Below, in pieces: positions 19,022 to 39,173 of a stretch of 64,000 bases of DNA (within the stretch, counting starts at the first letter, position 1; each line of letters opens with the position of its first letter). Source of the stretch: Gammaproteobacteria bacterium (GTDB taxonomy: Bacteria > Pseudomonadota > Gammaproteobacteria > Eutrophobiales > Eutrophobiaceae); the NCBI GenBank assembly GCA_965116495.1, contig OZ220696.1, forward strand, positions 1,696,001-1,760,000, in the 5' to 3' direction. Both the position numbers and the translations under genes were made by a program. Under the pieces are notes generated by a model. The model was given only the letters and a program-made list of their open reading frames with translations. It searched no databases and was not told the DNA's origin.

Positions 19022-19375
19022 TTAGAATTTCATACCTTGTTCCCTGGCGGCGTCAGCCAACGCCTTCACCCTGCCATGGAAACTGAAACCTGAGCGGTCA
19101 AACGCAACCAGGTCTATGCCTGCTTTCAGCGCACGTTCTGCAACGACCTTGCCCACCACGGCTGCCGCCTCCTTGTTGCTGCTGTTCTTGATCCTGCCGC
19201 GCACTTCCTTATCCAGGGTGGATGCGCTTACCAGCACTTCCGACCCGCCCGCATTGATCACCTGGGCATAGATATGCCGCGGCGTGCGGAATACGCACAA
19301 CCTGTTCACGTCCTGCGTCTTGATACGCATGCGTGATTTTACCGCCCTTCTCAATCTTGCTGTCTTCTTCTTCAT
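19022..19375 (-). CDS. rplR: 50S ribosomal protein L18
   Basis: [26 protein letters not shown]. Confidence 0.97.
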   Translation of the reverse strand: MKKKTARLRRAVKSRMRIKTQDVNRLCVFRTPRHIYAQVINAGGSEVLVSASTLDKEVRGRIKNSSNKEAAAVVGKVVAERALKAGIDLVAFDRSGFSFHGRVKALADAAREQGMKF

Positions 19376-19908
19376 TACGCTTTCTTTGCTTCCTTACGCA
19401 GAATCTGCTCATTGGCGTAGCGCACTCCTTTCCCCTTATAAGGCTCGGGAGGCCGGTAACTGCGGATTTTCGCCGCCATCTGTCCGACCTTCTGTTTATC
19501 CGGACCCCTGACTACAATCTGGGTCTGGGTGGGGGTTTCGACCGAAATGCCGTCGGGAATATCAAGGTCTACCGGATGGGAAAACCCCAGGGCCAGGTTG
19601 ATGCTCCCCGGGTTTGCCTGGGCGCGATACCCCACCCCGATTATCTCGAGTTTAATCTCAAAACCGTCGGAAACCCCGGTCACCATATTCTGCAGAATTG
19701 CCCTGGTAGTGCCTGCCAGTGCCCGCGCCGACTTGGTGTTGTCCTTTGCTGAAAACTTCAGCAGGTTATCTTCCCGATCCAGGCGCACCAGTGAATGAAG
19801 CGTGTGTGTCAATTCACCTTTACCGCCCTTGATCCGCACCACTGCGTCATTCACGTCGACCTGCACGTTCTCAGGGACAGTTATCGGATTATTGGCAATT
19901 CTTGACAT
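19375..19908 (-). CDS. rplF: 50S ribosomal protein L6
   Basis: [20 protein letters not shown]. Confidence 0.98.
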   Translation of the reverse strand: MSRIANNPITVPENVQVDVNDAVVRIKGGKGELTHTLHSLVRLDREDNLLKFSAKDNTKSARALAGTTRAILQNMVTGVSDGFEIKLEIIGVGYRAQANPGSINLALGFSHPVDLDIPDGISVETPTQTQIVVRGPDKQKVGQMAAKIRSYRPPEPYKGKGVRYANEQILRKEAKKA

Positions 19909-19916
19909 ATCTTGTC

Positions 19917-20312
19917 CTACGCTACGATACAGATAATTTCACCGCCAATTCCCAGCTGCCTGGCGCTCTTGTCCGTCATCACGCCCCTGGAAGTGGATAT
20001 AATGGCCGTTCCTAGTCCCCCGTAAACCTGGGGCAACTTGTCGCTGGGGCTGTAACGGCGTAATCCCGGACTGCTGACACGCCGCAATAACTCGATCACA
20101 GGCTTGCCTTCAAAATACTTTAACTCTATTTCCAACACGGGCTTGACCGCGTCGTCATTCACTTTGAAGCCGGTAATATAGCCTTCTTGCCGGAGGATTT
20201 CTGCCACGGCAAGTTTGAATTTTGACGAAGGCATGCTGACTTCCCGCTTCAACCTTTCCTGGCCGTTGCGGACCCGTGTCAACATGTCCGATATTTGATC
20301 CTGTAAGCTCAT
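19917..20312 (-). CDS. rpsH: 30S ribosomal protein S8
   Basis: [23 protein letters not shown]. Confidence 0.97.
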   Translation of the reverse strand: MSLQDQISDMLTRVRNGQERLKREVSMPSSKFKLAVAEILRQEGYITGFKVNDDAVKPVLEIELKYFEGKPVIELLRRVSSPGLRRYSPSDKLPQVYGGLGTAIISTSRGVMTDKSARQLGIGGEIICIVA

Positions 20313-20343
20313 TATCTATTCTCTTGCAACCTCGTCGGTTTTC

Positions 20344-20649
20344 TCACCAGCTGGCCTTGACCAGACCCGGAATATCCCCGCGCATGGCGGCCTCGCGCAG
20401 CTTGTTTCTTCCCAGTCCGAATTTTCGATAATAACCATTCGGCCGCCCCGTCTGGCTGCACCGGTTCCTTAACCTGGAGGGACTGGAATCCCGGGGTAAC
20501 TTATTCAGTTTTACCCTCGCCTCCAGACGTTCTTCGGGAGTCAACGACATATCATTGATAGTGCGCTTTAAACCGGCGCGTTTCTCGGCATATTTCTTAA
20601 CCAGGCGCTCCCTTTTTCTTTCTCTGTTTACCATTGATCTTTTTGCCAT
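20344..20649 (-). CDS. rpsN: 30S ribosomal protein S14 (long, Zn-independent type)
   Basis: [24 protein letters not shown]. Confidence 0.97.
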   Translation of the reverse strand: MAKRSMVNRERKRERLVKKYAEKRAGLKRTINDMSLTPEERLEARVKLNKLPRDSSPSRLRNRCSQTGRPNGYYRKFGLGRNKLREAAMRGDIPGLVKASW

Positions 20650-20659
20650 GATTCCTCCG

Positions 20660-21211
20660 TTATGAGCCGGCTTGATTCCGCAACGGAAAATTGAAGGCCT
20701 TCAGCAAGGCTTGTGCCTCTTCATCCGTTTTTGCAGACGTCGTGATCGTCACATCCAGGCCGCGCAATGTATCGATCTTGTCATAATCGATTTCGGGAAA
20801 AATAATCTGTTCCTTTACACCCAGGCTGTAATTGCCGCGTCCATCAAATGAACGCGGGCTCAAGCCACGAAAATCCCTGATCCGGGGTATGGCAACTGAA
20901 ATCAGCCTGTCCAGGAACTCATACATGCGTTTACGCCGCAGCGTAACCTTGCAACCGTTCGGAAAACCCTTCCTGACCTTGAAGTTTGCTACGGATTTCT
21001 TTGCGTTGACCACGATCGGTTTCTGCCCTGAAATGCGCGTCATGTCATCAACCGCGTGCTCAATCATTTTTTTATCGGCCATTGCTTTGCCCAATCCCAT
21101 GTTGAGCGTAATTTTGGTTATCTTCGGCACCTGCATCGGTGTCGAGTAACCGAACTGCTCCATCAACTGCGGGGCAACTGTAGTCCGGTAATATTCCTGT
21201 AATCTAGCCAT
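20660..21211 (-). CDS. rplE: 50S ribosomal protein L5
   Basis: [24 protein letters not shown]. Confidence 0.98.
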   Translation of the reverse strand: MARLQEYYRTTVAPQLMEQFGYSTPMQVPKITKITLNMGLGKAMADKKMIEHAVDDMTRISGQKPIVVNAKKSVANFKVRKGFPNGCKVTLRRKRMYEFLDRLISVAIPRIRDFRGLSPRSFDGRGNYSLGVKEQIIFPEIDYDKIDTLRGLDVTITTSAKTDEEAQALLKAFNFPLRNQAGS

Positions 21212-21225
21212 CTTGATAATGTCGT

Positions 21226-21546
21226 TTAAACATCGACCACTTCGTTATTTGATTTGAAGAAACGGACTTTCCGGCCGTCCTCCAAAAACCGGAATCCGAC
21301 ACGGTCCGGTCTGTTTGCCACCGGATTCCACAGCGCAATATTGGAAATCGCAAACGGCATCTCCTTCTCAATAATGCCCCCGGGCGCTCCCCGCATGGGG
21401 TTACCCTTGGTATGGCGTTTAGCCATATTGATGTTTTCAACGATAACCTTGTTCCCGTCTACATCAATATTCAGCACGATGCCGCGTTTACCCCTGTCCT
21501 TACCGGCAATCACGACTACTTCATCACCTTTTCGTATCCTGTTCAT
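21226..21546 (-). CDS. rplX: 50S ribosomal protein L24
   Basis: [24 protein letters not shown]. Confidence 0.97.
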   Translation of the reverse strand: MNRIRKGDEVVVIAGKDRGKRGIVLNIDVDGNKVIVENINMAKRHTKGNPMRGAPGGIIEKEMPFAISNIALWNPVANRPDRVGFRFLEDGRKVRFFKSNNEVVDV

Positions 21547-21559
21547 GGTCTGTCCCTGA

Positions 21560-21928
21560 TTATAAAACCTCGGGGGCGAGGGAAACGATTTTCATAAAAT
21601 TCTCACTTCTGAGTTCACGGGTAACCGGACCAAATATCCGGGTGCCGACAGGCTGCAACTGGTTATTCAGCAACACGGCGGCATTACTGTCGAACCGTAT
21701 CAGCGAACCGTCCGGCCTCCTCACTCCCTTTTTGGTCCGCACTACCACAGCGTTGTAAATCTCGCCTTTTTTAACCTTGCTCCTGGGGATAGCTTCCTTG
21801 ATGCTGACTTTAATCACGTCCCCTACTTTGGCATAACGCCTTTTCGAGCCGCCCAGGACCTTCACACACATGAGACGACGCGCACCGCTGTTGTCGGCGG
21901 CGCCCAGTATTGTCTGCATCTGAATCAT
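21560..21928 (-). CDS. rplN: 50S ribosomal protein L14
   Basis: [22 protein letters not shown]. Confidence 0.98.
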   Translation of the reverse strand: MIQMQTILGAADNSGARRLMCVKVLGGSKRRYAKVGDVIKVSIKEAIPRSKVKKGEIYNAVVVRTKKGVRRPDGSLIRFDSNAAVLLNNQLQPVGTRIFGPVTRELRSENFMKIVSLAPEVL

Positions 21929-21950
21929 CTCAACGCTCCGTTCAATTCCC

Positions 21951-21978
21951 CGTCATTCCTGCGCAAGCAGGAACCCAG
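21951..21978 (+). repeat. CGTC-type REP-like palindrome between rplN and rpsQ
   Basis: CGTCATTCCTGCGCAAGCAGGAACCCAG. Confidence 0.75.
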
Positions 21979-22064
21979 TTCAATGAAGCGCCGCCGGAGG
22001 CGGCTCATTGTTCTGCAGAATTCCGGTTTACGTACAAATGACGAATGAATTGTAAAGTTCTGCA

Positions 22065-22331
22065 TCATATTTCCTGAGCCTTGCTGATGATGCTGCGTAA
22101 GCGCCAGGCCTTGGTTTTGGAAACAGGCCGGGACGATTCAATGATGACCTTATCGCCTTCATTGCACTCGTTGTTTTCGTCATGCGCGAGCAGCCTCGTG
22201 GTACGCCGTATGTATTTCCCGTACAGCGGATGTTTAACGGTCCGCCCGACGTCCACAGCAATCGACTTGTCCATCTTGTTACTGACAACCGTCCCCGTCA
22301 GTGTTCTGGCTGATTTCCCGGATTCACTCAT
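22065..22331 (-). CDS. rpsQ: 30S ribosomal protein S17
   Basis: [24 protein letters not shown]. Confidence 0.97.
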   Translation of the reverse strand: MSESGKSARTLTGTVVSNKMDKSIAVDVGRTVKHPLYGKYIRRTTRLLAHDENNECNEGDKVIIESSRPVSKTKAWRLRSIISKAQEI

Positions 22332-22521
22332 CTTGTTTCGCTTTCTCGTTTAATACTGTCTTAACCCTGGCAATTTCCCGGCGCACTACCCTGAAACGGC
22401 CAGGGCTGCCGAGCTGGCCGGAACCTTTTTGCATACGCAGGTTAAATTGTTCACGCAACAGGTCCACGAGAAGTTCATTCAACTCCTCGGGTTTCTTGCT
22501 CCTTAATTCCGCTGCCTTCAT
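22324..22521 (-). CDS. rpmC: 50S ribosomal protein L29
   Basis: [17 protein letters not shown]. Confidence 0.96.
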   Translation of the reverse strand: MKAAELRSKKPEELNELLVDLLREQFNLRMQKGSGQLGSPGRFRVVRREIARVKTVLNEKAKQDE

Positions 22522-22934
22522 TAAAGTATGGTCCTGCTGACGAATATCGTTTTGACCGGTAATTTTGCCGCGGCAAGCTTGAAGGCATCTCTTGCCAGTT
22601 CTTCCGACACGCCTTCAATTTCGTACAGCATCTTTCCGGGTTGAACAACGGATACCCAGTATTCAACATTGCCTTTTCCCTTGCCTTGCCGCACCTCAAG
22701 GGGTTTTGTAGTGATCGGCTTGTCAGGAAAAATCCGGATCCAGACTTTTCCTCCCCGCTTGACTTTGCGGGTAATCGTCCGGCGGGCAGCCTCAATCTGG
22801 CGCGCAGTAATCCGGCCTCGGGTAATAGCCTTCAGCCCGAACTCGCCAAAACTGACCTTGTTGCCGTTGTTGGCGAGCCCGCGATTTCTACCTTTGCTTT
22901 GCTTTCTGAATTTGCTTCGTTTCGGTTGTAACAT
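22521..22934 (-). CDS. rplP: 50S ribosomal protein L16
   Basis: [19 protein letters not shown]. Confidence 0.98.
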   Translation of the reverse strand: MLQPKRSKFRKQSKGRNRGLANNGNKVSFGEFGLKAITRGRITARQIEAARRTITRKVKRGGKVWIRIFPDKPITTKPLEVRQGKGKGNVEYWVSVVQPGKMLYEIEGVSEELARDAFKLAAAKLPVKTIFVSRTIL

Positions 22935-22938
22935 TTGC

Positions 22939-23613
22939 TTATGCCCCGATCACAGGCGTTTCATCATCATCAGTCCTGTCTTCGACGTTGAATACTTCAC
23001 CCTTGAATATCCAGACCTTTACGCCGATGACTCCATAAGTCGTATTGGAGTTGGCAATCCCGTAATCAATATCGGCCCGTAAGGTGTGCAACGGTACCCG
23101 CCCCTCCCGATACCACTCGGAACGAGCGATTTCCGCGCCGTTCAAACGACCGCTGACATTGATTTTAATGCCCAGGGCACCAAGCCTCATTGAATTAGTT
23201 ACCGCGCGTTTCATGGCCCGCCTGAACATGATCTTTCTTTCGATTTGCTGGGCGACACTCTCCGCAACCAGGTTTGCATCGAGTTCTGGTTTCCTGATTT
23301 CCCGTACGCTGACTTTCGCCCTGATACCCATCATATCCGACACTTCCTGGCTTAACCGCTCAATGTCTTCTCCTTTCTTACCGATTACTATCCCTGGTCT
23401 TGCGCTGTGTATGATCACCTTGATTTCATTTGGGGGACGCTCGATCTGAATGCGGCTGACCGAAGCGTTAGCCAGTTTTTTCCTCAGGTATTCGCGTACC
23501 TGCAGGTCTGTATTCAAATACTTTGCATAATCTTTTGTATCGGCATACCAGGTTGAGGTCCAGTCCTTGATGATGCCGATACGAATACCCGTGGGGTGTA
23601 CTTTCTGTCCCAT
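22939..23613 (-). CDS. rpsC: 30S ribosomal protein S3
   Basis: [30 protein letters not shown]. Confidence 0.98.
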   Translation of the reverse strand: MGQKVHPTGIRIGIIKDWTSTWYADTKDYAKYLNTDLQVREYLRKKLANASVSRIQIERPPNEIKVIIHSARPGIVIGKKGEDIERLSQEVSDMMGIRAKVSVREIRKPELDANLVAESVAQQIERKIMFRRAMKRAVTNSMRLGALGIKINVSGRLNGAEIARSEWYREGRVPLHTLRADIDYGIANSNTTYGVIGVKVWIFKGEVFNVEDRTDDDETPVIGA

Positions 23614-23620
23614 AGTTTGT

Positions 23621-23956
23621 CTACTCTGTCGTCTCAGTGACTGTTATTACCAGGTGGCTGGTACGTTTGAAAATCCTGTCGGCGCGTCCGCGGGCCCTGG
23701 TCCGTAAGCGTTTGTGTGTAGGCCCCTTGTCAACGGTTATTGCAGTTATTTTCAGTTCGTCTATATCCGCAGCCTCGTTATGTTCGGCATTTGCAATCGC
23801 CGACTCCAGTACTTTCCTGACAATCCCGGCGGCCTTCTTGTTACTGTAAGCCAAAAGATTCAATGCGCGGTCGACCGGCAATCCACGCACCTGGTCTGCA
23901 ACCAGGCGCAGTTTTTGCGGCGCCATACTCACATACTTCAGACATGCAGTAGTCAT
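23621..23956 (-). CDS. rplV: 50S ribosomal protein L22
   Basis: [20 protein letters not shown]. Confidence 0.97.
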   Translation of the reverse strand: MTTACLKYVSMAPQKLRLVADQVRGLPVDRALNLLAYSNKKAAGIVRKVLESAIANAEHNEAADIDELKITAITVDKGPTHKRLRTRARGRADRIFKRTSHLVITVTETTE

Positions 23957-23974
23957 TGCCCTGTTGGTCTCCGG

Positions 23975-24250
23975 CTATTTTGCGGTTTTTTTATCCGCGG
24001 CATGGCCGCGAAACGTCCGGGTGATAGCAAACTCGCCCAGTTTATGACCGACCATGTTCTCTGTAATAAAAACCGGCACGTGGTCCCGGCCATTGTGTAT
24101 TGCAATGGTCAGTCCAACCATATCCGGCACTATCATTGACCTTCTGGACCACGTCTTGATGGGTCGTTTATCATTATTCTGCTTCGCAGTCTCGACCTTT
24201 CTGATCAGGTGGTGGTCTATGAACGGCCCTTTTTTAATTGAACGCGGCAT
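23975..24250 (-). CDS. rpsS: 30S ribosomal protein S19
   Basis: [24 protein letters not shown]. Confidence 0.97.
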   Translation of the reverse strand: MPRSIKKGPFIDHHLIRKVETAKQNNDKRPIKTWSRRSMIVPDMVGLTIAIHNGRDHVPVFITENMVGHKLGEFAITRTFRGHAADKKTAK

Positions 24251-24262
24251 TGCCAATCTCTC

Positions 24263-25087
24263 CTAGCTCTTCCTTTTACGAATAATCATATTATCGGTGC
24301 GTTTGTTCTTCCTTGTCTTGTAGCCTTTCGTGGGATAACCCCAGGGTGTGGAAGGGTGCCGTCCACCGGATGAACGTCCCTCACCGCCTCCATGGGGATG
24401 ATCTACCGGGTTCATCGCTACGCCACGTACCGTCGGCCGTATTCCGCGCCAGCGTTTCGCCCCTGCCTTGCCTAATTTTTGCAGAGAATGTTCGACGTTG
24501 CTGACCTCTCCGATAGTGGCGCGGCAATCCAGCGGCACCTTTCTCACTTCACCCGAACGCAGGCGCAATGTCGCATGCGCGCCCTCGCGAGCCACCAACT
24601 GGACGCTGGTACCGGCGCTGCGGGCAAGTTGTGCCCCTTTCCCCGGCTTTAATTCCACGCAATGAATGTTTGTTCCCATAGGAATATTACGCAGGGGCAG
24701 ACAATTCCCCGGCGCTATTTCAGCACGCGGCCCGGACATCAACGCGGCATCGACCGCCACACCGGACGGAGCAATAATGTAGCGGCGCTCGCCATCTGCA
24801 TAACATAACAGGGCAATATGCGCAGTCCGGTTCGGGTCGTATTCAATTCTCTCCACCCTGGCTGCTATGCCGTCCTTGTCCCGTTTGAAATCAATGAGCC
24901 GATAGCGTTGTTTTGCGCCCCCGCCCCGGTGTCTCACGGTAATTCTGCCGCGATTGTTGCGGCCGGCGGTCTTGCCCTGCTTTTCCACCAACGGGCTGTA
25001 CGGATCACCCTTGTACAAGTCCGGGTTAACGACCTTGACAACACCCCGGCGGCCTGCTGTAGTCGGTTTTGGTTTGATTAATGGCAT
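24263..25087 (-). CDS. rplB: 50S ribosomal protein L2
   Basis: [23 protein letters not shown]. Confidence 0.98.
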   Translation of the reverse strand: MPLIKPKPTTAGRRGVVKVVNPDLYKGDPYSPLVEKQGKTAGRNNRGRITVRHRGGGAKQRYRLIDFKRDKDGIAARVERIEYDPNRTAHIALLCYADGERRYIIAPSGVAVDAALMSGPRAEIAPGNCLPLRNIPMGTNIHCVELKPGKGAQLARSAGTSVQLVAREGAHATLRLRSGEVRKVPLDCRATIGEVSNVEHSLQKLGKAGAKRWRGIRPTVRGVAMNPVDHPHGGGEGRSSGGRHPSTPWGYPTKGYKTRKNKRTDNMIIRKRKS

Positions 25088-25094
25088 TTTTTCT

Positions 25095-25397
25095 TCAGGC
25101 TCCGATGAAATCTATGTCAAAGCCGGGTTTCAGCCTGACGTAGGCCTTCTTCCAGTCCGGGCGTTTACCCGGCGCCCGCCTGAACATCTTGCTCTTGCCG
25201 CGTACGTTCAGCACCTGTACCGACTCAACCTCGACTTCAAACATTTTTTCCACTGCTCTCTTAATATCCGGCTTGGTTGCATCACGCATCACCTTGAAAA
25301 CAAACTGCCGGTATTTATCAGCCGTAAACGTACTTTTTTCCGTTACACGCGGCTCCAGCAGAATTTTCATTAGCCTTTCGTCATTCATATCAGTCAT
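25095..25397 (-). CDS. rplW: 50S ribosomal protein L23
   Basis: [22 protein letters not shown]. Confidence 0.97.
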   Translation of the reverse strand: MTDMNDERLMKILLEPRVTEKSTFTADKYRQFVFKVMRDATKPDIKRAVEKMFEVEVESVQVLNVRGKSKMFRRAPGKRPDWKKAYVRLKPGFDIDFIGA

Positions 25398-25472
25398 GTC
25401 TTCACCTGCCCCGGGGCCGGTCCCCTGTTGATGCGGGCATGGCGCGGTGCGCCGTTCATGGCAGGTGGACGG

Positions 25473-26189
25473 TCAGCCATCCGCAGCATTATCGTCTCCC
25501 CCGTCTTGCGCCTCTGCGCCTGCGGCCTCGTTTTCGTTGACTTCCGGTTCCCCTTCCGTGGCGTCGGTGTTCGGCCCCAGCCATTTTTCCACTGCTTCCA
25601 GAGCCGGCCTGGTAATCAGCACCCGGTCGAACCCGACCAGTGAATACGGGTCCATCTCATGGGTTTCCATTACGGCAACCCGGGCCAGGTTACGGGTTGC
25701 CAAGTGTAATTCTTCGCTGATGGAATCGGTAATAATCAGCACCTCGTCCAGGCCCAGTTCCGCCAATAACTCTACCGCTGCCTTTGTCTTCGCCAAACTC
25801 AGTTTCAACTGGTCAATGCACAGCAGCCTTTCCTGGCGCACCAGTTCAGACAGAATTGACCGCAAGGCCCCGCGATACATTTTCCTGTTCACTTTCCTGG
25901 CAAAATTACGCTGGTTGTTTGCGAATGTAACGCCGCCACCTCGCCAGATTGGACTCCTGATCGTCCCGGCCCTGGCCCGGCCAAGACCTTTCTGGCGCCA
26001 GGGCTTTTTCCCGCCGCCTCTCACCGCGGCGCGGTTTTTAAGCGATTTGAATGCAGACCTGCCGGTCGACAGGTAAGAGGTGATCACCTGGTGTACGAGG
26101 GGTTCATTGTAATCGGCGCCGAATACCTCGTCGGCAACTTTCAGGCGGCCTGCCCGTTTTTTCCCGGCTTTAAGCATTGACAATTCCAC
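25473..26189 (-). CDS. rplD: 50S ribosomal protein L4 with acidic C-terminal extension
   Basis: GTG start after GGAGG; GGGKKPWRQKG, SPIWRGGG, KVNRKM. Confidence 0.96.
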   Translation of the reverse strand: MELSMLKAGKKRAGRLKVADEVFGADYNEPLVHQVITSYLSTGRSAFKSLKNRAAVRGGGKKPWRQKGLGRARAGTIRSPIWRGGGVTFANNQRNFARKVNRKMYRGALRSILSELVRQERLLCIDQLKLSLAKTKAAVELLAELGLDEVLIITDSISEELHLATRNLARVAVMETHEMDPYSLVGFDRVLITRPALEAVEKWLGPNTDATEGEPEVNENEAAGAEAQDGGDDNAADG

Positions 26190-26199
26190 CCCGAACCTC

Positions 26200-26847
26200 C
26201 TACGCGCCTGTTGACTTGACCGCGGGCCTGACGATGAGCGTCCCACCGGCGGCGCCTGGGACAGAACCCTTGACAAGCACCAGGTTCCGTTCCTTATCAA
26301 CCCGGACAACCTCCAGGTTCTGTGCCGTCTGTTTTACATTGCCCATGTGGCCGGCCATCTTCTTGCCGGGGAAAACACGCCCGGGTGACTGGTTCTGACC
26401 TATCGAACCTGGGGCCCGGTGGGCACGGGAGTTACCGTGACTGTTGCGCTGACTGCTGAAATTGTGCCGTTTTATCACTCCTGCGTAGCCTTTTCCGATT
26501 GACTTGCCGGTCACGTCGACTTTCTGTCCTGTCTTGAAAATATCCACCGTTATTTCAGAACCCATACCCAGTTCCCCGGCTTCGTTTCCGTCCAGCCTGA
26601 ATTCATGCAGACCCTCGGCAGATTCCACATCGGCCCTGGCCAGCGTTCCGGCCCGGGGTTTATTGATCAGGTTGCGGCGCTTACCGCCGTAAGCGACCTG
26701 CACGGCGCGGTATCCATGTTGCTCGACGGTGGCCAGGGAGGTAATCCTGTTGGGGCCTGCCTCGATCACGGTTACAGGCACAGACTGGCCTGTTTCCGTG
26801 AATATCCGGGTCATCCCCCGCTTTTTTCCCACTATTCCTATCGCCAT
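26200..26847 (-). CDS. rplC: 50S ribosomal protein L3
   Basis: [24 protein letters not shown]. Confidence 0.98.
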   Translation of the reverse strand: MAIGIVGKKRGMTRIFTETGQSVPVTVIEAGPNRITSLATVEQHGYRAVQVAYGGKRRNLINKPRAGTLARADVESAEGLHEFRLDGNEAGELGMGSEITVDIFKTGQKVDVTGKSIGKGYAGVIKRHNFSSQRNSHGNSRAHRAPGSIGQNQSPGRVFPGKKMAGHMGNVKQTAQNLEVVRVDKERNLVLVKGSVPGAAGGTLIVRPAVKSTGA

Positions 26848-26876
26848 CTTTCTGACCCGTTATGTTCCTGTGATCT

Positions 26877-27191
26877 TCAGCTCAGCCTAATCTGGACGTC
26901 CACGCCCGCGGCCAGGTCAAGTTTCATTAGTGCGTCAACCGTTTTATCCGTGGGGTTGACGATATCCACCAGGCGCTTGTGGGTCCTGATCTCGTACTGG
27001 TCCCTGGCATCCTTGTTGACGTGGGGCGATATCAGGACGGTGTAACGTTCTTTTTTTGTCGGCAACGGGATCGGCCCCTTCACCTGCGCGCCGGTGCGGC
27101 GCGCGGTCTCTACGATTTCGCGGGTCGACTGGTCGATTAGCCGGTGGTCGAACGCTTTCAGCCTGATCCTTATTATCTGTTGTTCTGCCAT
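26877..27191 (-). CDS. rpsJ: 30S ribosomal protein S10
   Basis: [25 protein letters not shown]. Confidence 0.98.
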   Translation of the reverse strand: MAEQQIIRIRLKAFDHRLIDQSTREIVETARRTGAQVKGPIPLPTKKERYTVLISPHVNKDARDQYEIRTHKRLVDIVNPTDKTVDALMKLDLAAGVDVQIRLS

Positions 27192-27225
27192 AGTTTTGTC
27201 ACTCTGTTCTCAGTACCTGATGTAT

Positions 27226-29331
27226 CTAGCTGGTGTTTCTTTTCGAGATTACATCCGCAATGCCGGGTGGAACAGGCGTGTATTTCGCGAACTCCATCGT
27301 GTAAGTGGCGCGTCCCTGGGTGGCAGAACGCAAGGCGGTTGCATAACCGAACATCTGTTCCAGCGGCACTTCCGCCTTGATAACCTTCCCGGCCGGGGAA
27401 GTCATGGTTTCCGACAAAATGCCGCGGCGCCGGCTCAAATCACCTGTAACCGAACCCAGGTAGTCTTCCGGCGTCACAACTTCCACGCTCATGACCGGTT
27501 CCAGCAGGGTCGGCGCGGCGCGGCCGGCGCCATCCCTGAAGCCTATGGATCCCGCTATCTTGAAGGCCATTTCGCTGGAATCCACTTCATGGTAGGAACC
27601 GTCGTACAGGGTTACCTTCACGTCCACCATCGGGTAACCGGCTATGACACCGTTCTCCATTTGTTCCTGTATGCCCTTGTTTACTGCCGGAATATAGTCT
27701 TTGGGTACGGCGCCGCCTACGATCTTGTTAATGAACTCATAGCCGTGCCCGGGTTCCTGCGGCTCGATTTTCAATATCACGTGGCCGTACTGGCCGCGTC
27801 CCCCGGTTTGACGTACAAACCTGCCTTCCGCCTTCTCCACCGGTTTTCTTATGGTTTCGCGGTAGGCTACCTGCGGCCTGCCGACGCTGGCGTCGACCTT
27901 GAATTCCCGTTTCAACCGGTCCACGATTATCTCCAGGTGTAGTTCACCCATTCCCGAGATGATGGTCTGCCCCGACTCGTCGTCGGTATGCACCCGAAAA
28001 GAGGGATCTTCCTGCGCCAGTTTACCCAGGGCCATACCCATTTTTTCCTGGTCGGGCCTGGTTTTCGGTTCAACCGCGATAGAAATGACAGGATCAGGAA
28101 ATTCCATTTTTTCCAGGATGATGGCTTGATTCGCGGCACACAGGGTATCACCCGTCGTGACGTCCTTGAGGCCCACCGCAGCGGCTATGTCCCCCGCCCT
28201 GACCTCGTTAATTTCTTCCCGTGAATTGGCGTGCATCTGTAAAATCCGTCCGATCCGCTCTTTCTTGCCTCTCACCGAGTTCAGGACCATGTCGCCGGAA
28301 CCGAGCACGCCGGAATAGACCCGGAAAAAAGTCAATGACCCGACGAACGGGTCAGTAGCTATCTTGAACGCCAGCGCCGCGAACGGCGCGCTATCGGTGG
28401 ATTCGCGGGAAACTTCAGTTTCGGCAGCATTCGTGAGCGAGCCTTTTACGGCCGGGACGTCAACAGGTGCGGGGAGGTAGTCAATGACAGCATCCAGCAT
28501 ACACTGGACGCCCTTGTTCTTGAATGCCGAACCACACAGTACCGGCACGATCTCGTTGGTGAGGGTCCTTGCCCGTATCCCGTGTTTTATTTGCTGTTCC
28601 GACAAATCCCCTTCTTCCAGGTACAACTCCATCAGTTCCTCGTCAGACTCAGCGGCAGCTTCCACTACGTGTTCACGGGCCTCCCGGCAGGCACTCAGCA
28701 TGTCCTCCGGGATATCCCGTTCGTTAAACTTCATCCCCATACTCGAATCATCCCAGTAAATCGCCTTGCCCCGGACCAGGTCGACAATGCCCTGGAACCT
28801 GTGTTCCGTCCCGATCGGGAGTTGTAAAGGGACGGCCGTGCTGCCGAGACGTTCTCTTATCTGGTTGACGACCCTGGGAAAATCCGCGCCCGAACGATCC
28901 ATCTTGTTGACGAAGGCCACCCTGGGGACGTTATATTTGCTGGCCTGGCGCCATACGGTTTCCGACTGCGGCTCTACGCCGCCGACGGCACAAAAAACCG
29001 CGCAGGCCCCGTCCAGCACCCTGAGAGACCTTTCAACTTCAATGGTGAAATCCACATGCCCCGGCGTATCGATAATATTGATCCTGTGTTCCCGGTACTG
29101 GCCTGCCATGCCTTTCCAGAAACAAGTGGTCGCCGCTGATGTGATCGTAATGCCACGTTCCTGCTCCTGTTCCATCCAGTCCATAGTGGCAGCACCGTCA
29201 TGCACTTCGCCCAGCTTATGGGAAACCCCGGTGTAGTACAGGATGCGCTCCGTGGTCGTCGTCTTACCTGCATCGATGTGCGCCATGATGCCGATATTAC
29301 GATAACGTTCGATGGGGATACTACGCGCCAT
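27226..29331 (-). CDS. fusA: Elongation factor G
   Basis: [30 protein letters not shown]. Confidence 0.98.
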   Translation of the reverse strand: MARSIPIERYRNIGIMAHIDAGKTTTTERILYYTGVSHKLGEVHDGAATMDWMEQEQERGITITSAATTCFWKGMAGQYREHRINIIDTPGHVDFTIEVERSLRVLDGACAVFCAVGGVEPQSETVWRQASKYNVPRVAFVNKMDRSGADFPRVVNQIRERLGSTAVPLQLPIGTEHRFQGIVDLVRGKAIYWDDSSMGMKFNERDIPEDMLSACREAREHVVEAAAESDEELMELYLEEGDLSEQQIKHGIRARTLTNEIVPVLCGSAFKNKGVQCMLDAVIDYLPAPVDVPAVKGSLTNAAETEVSRESTDSAPFAALAFKIATDPFVGSLTFFRVYSGVLGSGDMVLNSVRGKKERIGRILQMHANSREEINEVRAGDIAAAVGLKDVTTGDTLCAANQAIILEKMEFPDPVISIAVEPKTRPDQEKMGMALGKLAQEDPSFRVHTDDESGQTIISGMGELHLEIIVDRLKREFKVDASVGRPQVAYRETIRKPVEKAEGRFVRQTGGRGQYGHVILKIEPQEPGHGYEFINKIVGGAVPKDYIPAVNKGIQEQMENGVIAGYPMVDVKVTLYDGSYHEVDSSEMAFKIAGSIGFRDGAGRAAPTLLEPVMSVEVVTPEDYLGSVTGDLSRRRGILSETMTSPAGKVIKAEVPLEQMFGYATALRSATQGRATYTMEFAKYTPVPPGIADVISKRNTS

Positions 29332-29356
29332 GGCCTGTTGACTCCTGTTCCTGCTC

Positions 29357-29827
29357 CTACCACCGGTAATGGGAAAAGGCCTTGTTGGCCTCAGCCATCT
29401 TGTGGGTGTCTTCCCGTTTCTTTATCGCAGTCCCTTTGTTGTCCGAAGCATCCATAATCTCGCCCGCAAGACGCAAGCCCATACTCTTCTCGCCCCGTCT
29501 CTTGGACGCATCGACCAGCCAGCGCATCGCCAGGGTCATACTGCGCTCGGAACGCACTTCGATCGGTATCTGGTAGGTAGCGCCGCCAACCCGTCTGGAT
29601 TTCACCTCAACGATGGGCTTTACATTATCCAGCGCCTGTATGAATACCTCCAGGGAATCCGTTTTTTTTCTGCTGCCGATTTGATCCAGGGCGCCATAGA
29701 CTATTTTTTCCGCGATGGATTTCTTGCCGCTGCGCATGACCATATTAATAAACTTCGCCAGTACCTGGTTGTGGTATTTCGGATCCGGCAGTATCTCCCT
29801 TTTCTCGGCTTCTCTTCTTCTGGACAT
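29357..29827 (-). CDS. rpsG: 30S ribosomal protein S7
   Basis: [23 protein letters not shown]. Confidence 0.98.
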   Translation of the reverse strand: MSRRREAEKREILPDPKYHNQVLAKFINMVMRSGKKSIAEKIVYGALDQIGSRKKTDSLEVFIQALDNVKPIVEVKSRRVGGATYQIPIEVRSERSMTLAMRWLVDASKRRGEKSMGLRLAGEIMDASDNKGTAIKKREDTHKMAEANKAFSHYRW

Positions 29828-29847
29828 GGCGCTTCTCTTGATCCGTA

Positions 29848-30222
29848 TTACGACTTGGGTTTCTTGGCCCCGTACTTGGAACGCCGCTGGCGCCGGTCAG
29901 CCACTCCCGACGTATCCAGGGTGCCTCTCACCGTATGGTAGCGCACGCCGGGCAGGTCCTTTACCCTGCCGCCCCGGATCAGGATGACGGAGTGTTCCTG
30001 CAGGTTATGCCCCTCTCCGCCAATATAGGTGGTGACTTCATGACCGTTGGTCAGTCGCACCCTGGCAACTTTGCGCAGGGCGGAGTTGGGTTTCTTCGGC
30101 GTGGTGGTGTAGACGCGGGTACACACCCCACGCTTCTGTGGACAACTGTCCAGGGCAGGGACGTTACTTTTTGCCCTTTGCCGTTTTCTCGGCTTGCGCA
30201 CCAACTGGCTGACTGTAGTCAT
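29848..30222 (-). CDS. rpsL: 30S ribosomal protein S12
   Basis: [22 protein letters not shown]. Confidence 0.98.
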   Translation of the reverse strand: MTTVSQLVRKPRKRQRAKSNVPALDSCPQKRGVCTRVYTTTPKKPNSALRKVARVRLTNGHEVTTYIGGEGHNLQEHSVILIRGGRVKDLPGVRYHTVRGTLDTSGVADRRQRRSKYGAKKPKS

Positions 30223-30424
30223 AAATATACTTTAGCAATATCCGGTTAGTTCAACCCTGTTTCATTCGGGGTTTTAGCGGCACAGGGGAACGGCGCGATC
30301 CGGCGCTCCTCAAACACGCATACTGGTTGATTAAAATAAAAAAACAACCACTACAACGGTCGTTTTTGGCCCTTGAAAGGAAGGCTGGAACCTCGTGTCC
30401 AAAACCCTCCCAAAAAGAAGCGGG

Positions 30425-30454
30425 ATTATATTTCGTTAAGGATTACAATGTCAA
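30425..30454 (-). promoter_or_regulatory. Consensus sigma-70 promoter of the str operon
   Basis: TTGACA-N18-TATAAT followed by GC-rich discriminator CCCGC, about 200 bp upstream of rpsL. Confidence 0.8.
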
Positions 30455-30464
30455 GCAGAAAAGT

Positions 30465-30548
30465 ATATTTGGGGTCAGAGTAAAAATACGGTTGGCTGGG
30501 AGCTAATGCTGACGTGTTGTCGAGTATTTTTACTCTGACCCCAAATAT
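30465..30548. repeat. MITE/REPIN-like element with perfect 25-bp inverted arms
   Basis: ATATTTGGGGTCAGAGTAAAAATAC-N34-GTATTTTTACTCTGACCCCAAATAT. Confidence 0.85.
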
Positions 30549-30580
30549 GCCGCGCAACAGCGTATGCCTGCGCCACGCCA

Positions 30581-34840
<4,260 letters not shown>

Positions 34841-34910
34841 AGTTCACTACCTCCTAGGCCATGTAGTCCGTCACATTGAATTGGGACCGGTCGCGCCGGT
34901 AGTTGCCCGC

Positions 34911-39056
<4,146 letters not shown>

Positions 39057-39087
39057 TACATGCCCTCTTCATAGAAAAAGGTAGGAC

Positions 39088-39113
39088 AGGGGACAGGCAT
39101 AATTCTGTCCCCT
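39088..39113. repeat. GGGGAC-type short palindrome
   Basis: AGGGGACAG-GCATAATT-CTGTCCCCT in the rplL-rpoB spacer. Confidence 0.65.
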
Positions 39114-39173
39114 ATGTTCTTTTGGGCGCGCCGGGGTATAACAGGTGCTGCCAACAAAAACACCCGAGTTGAA

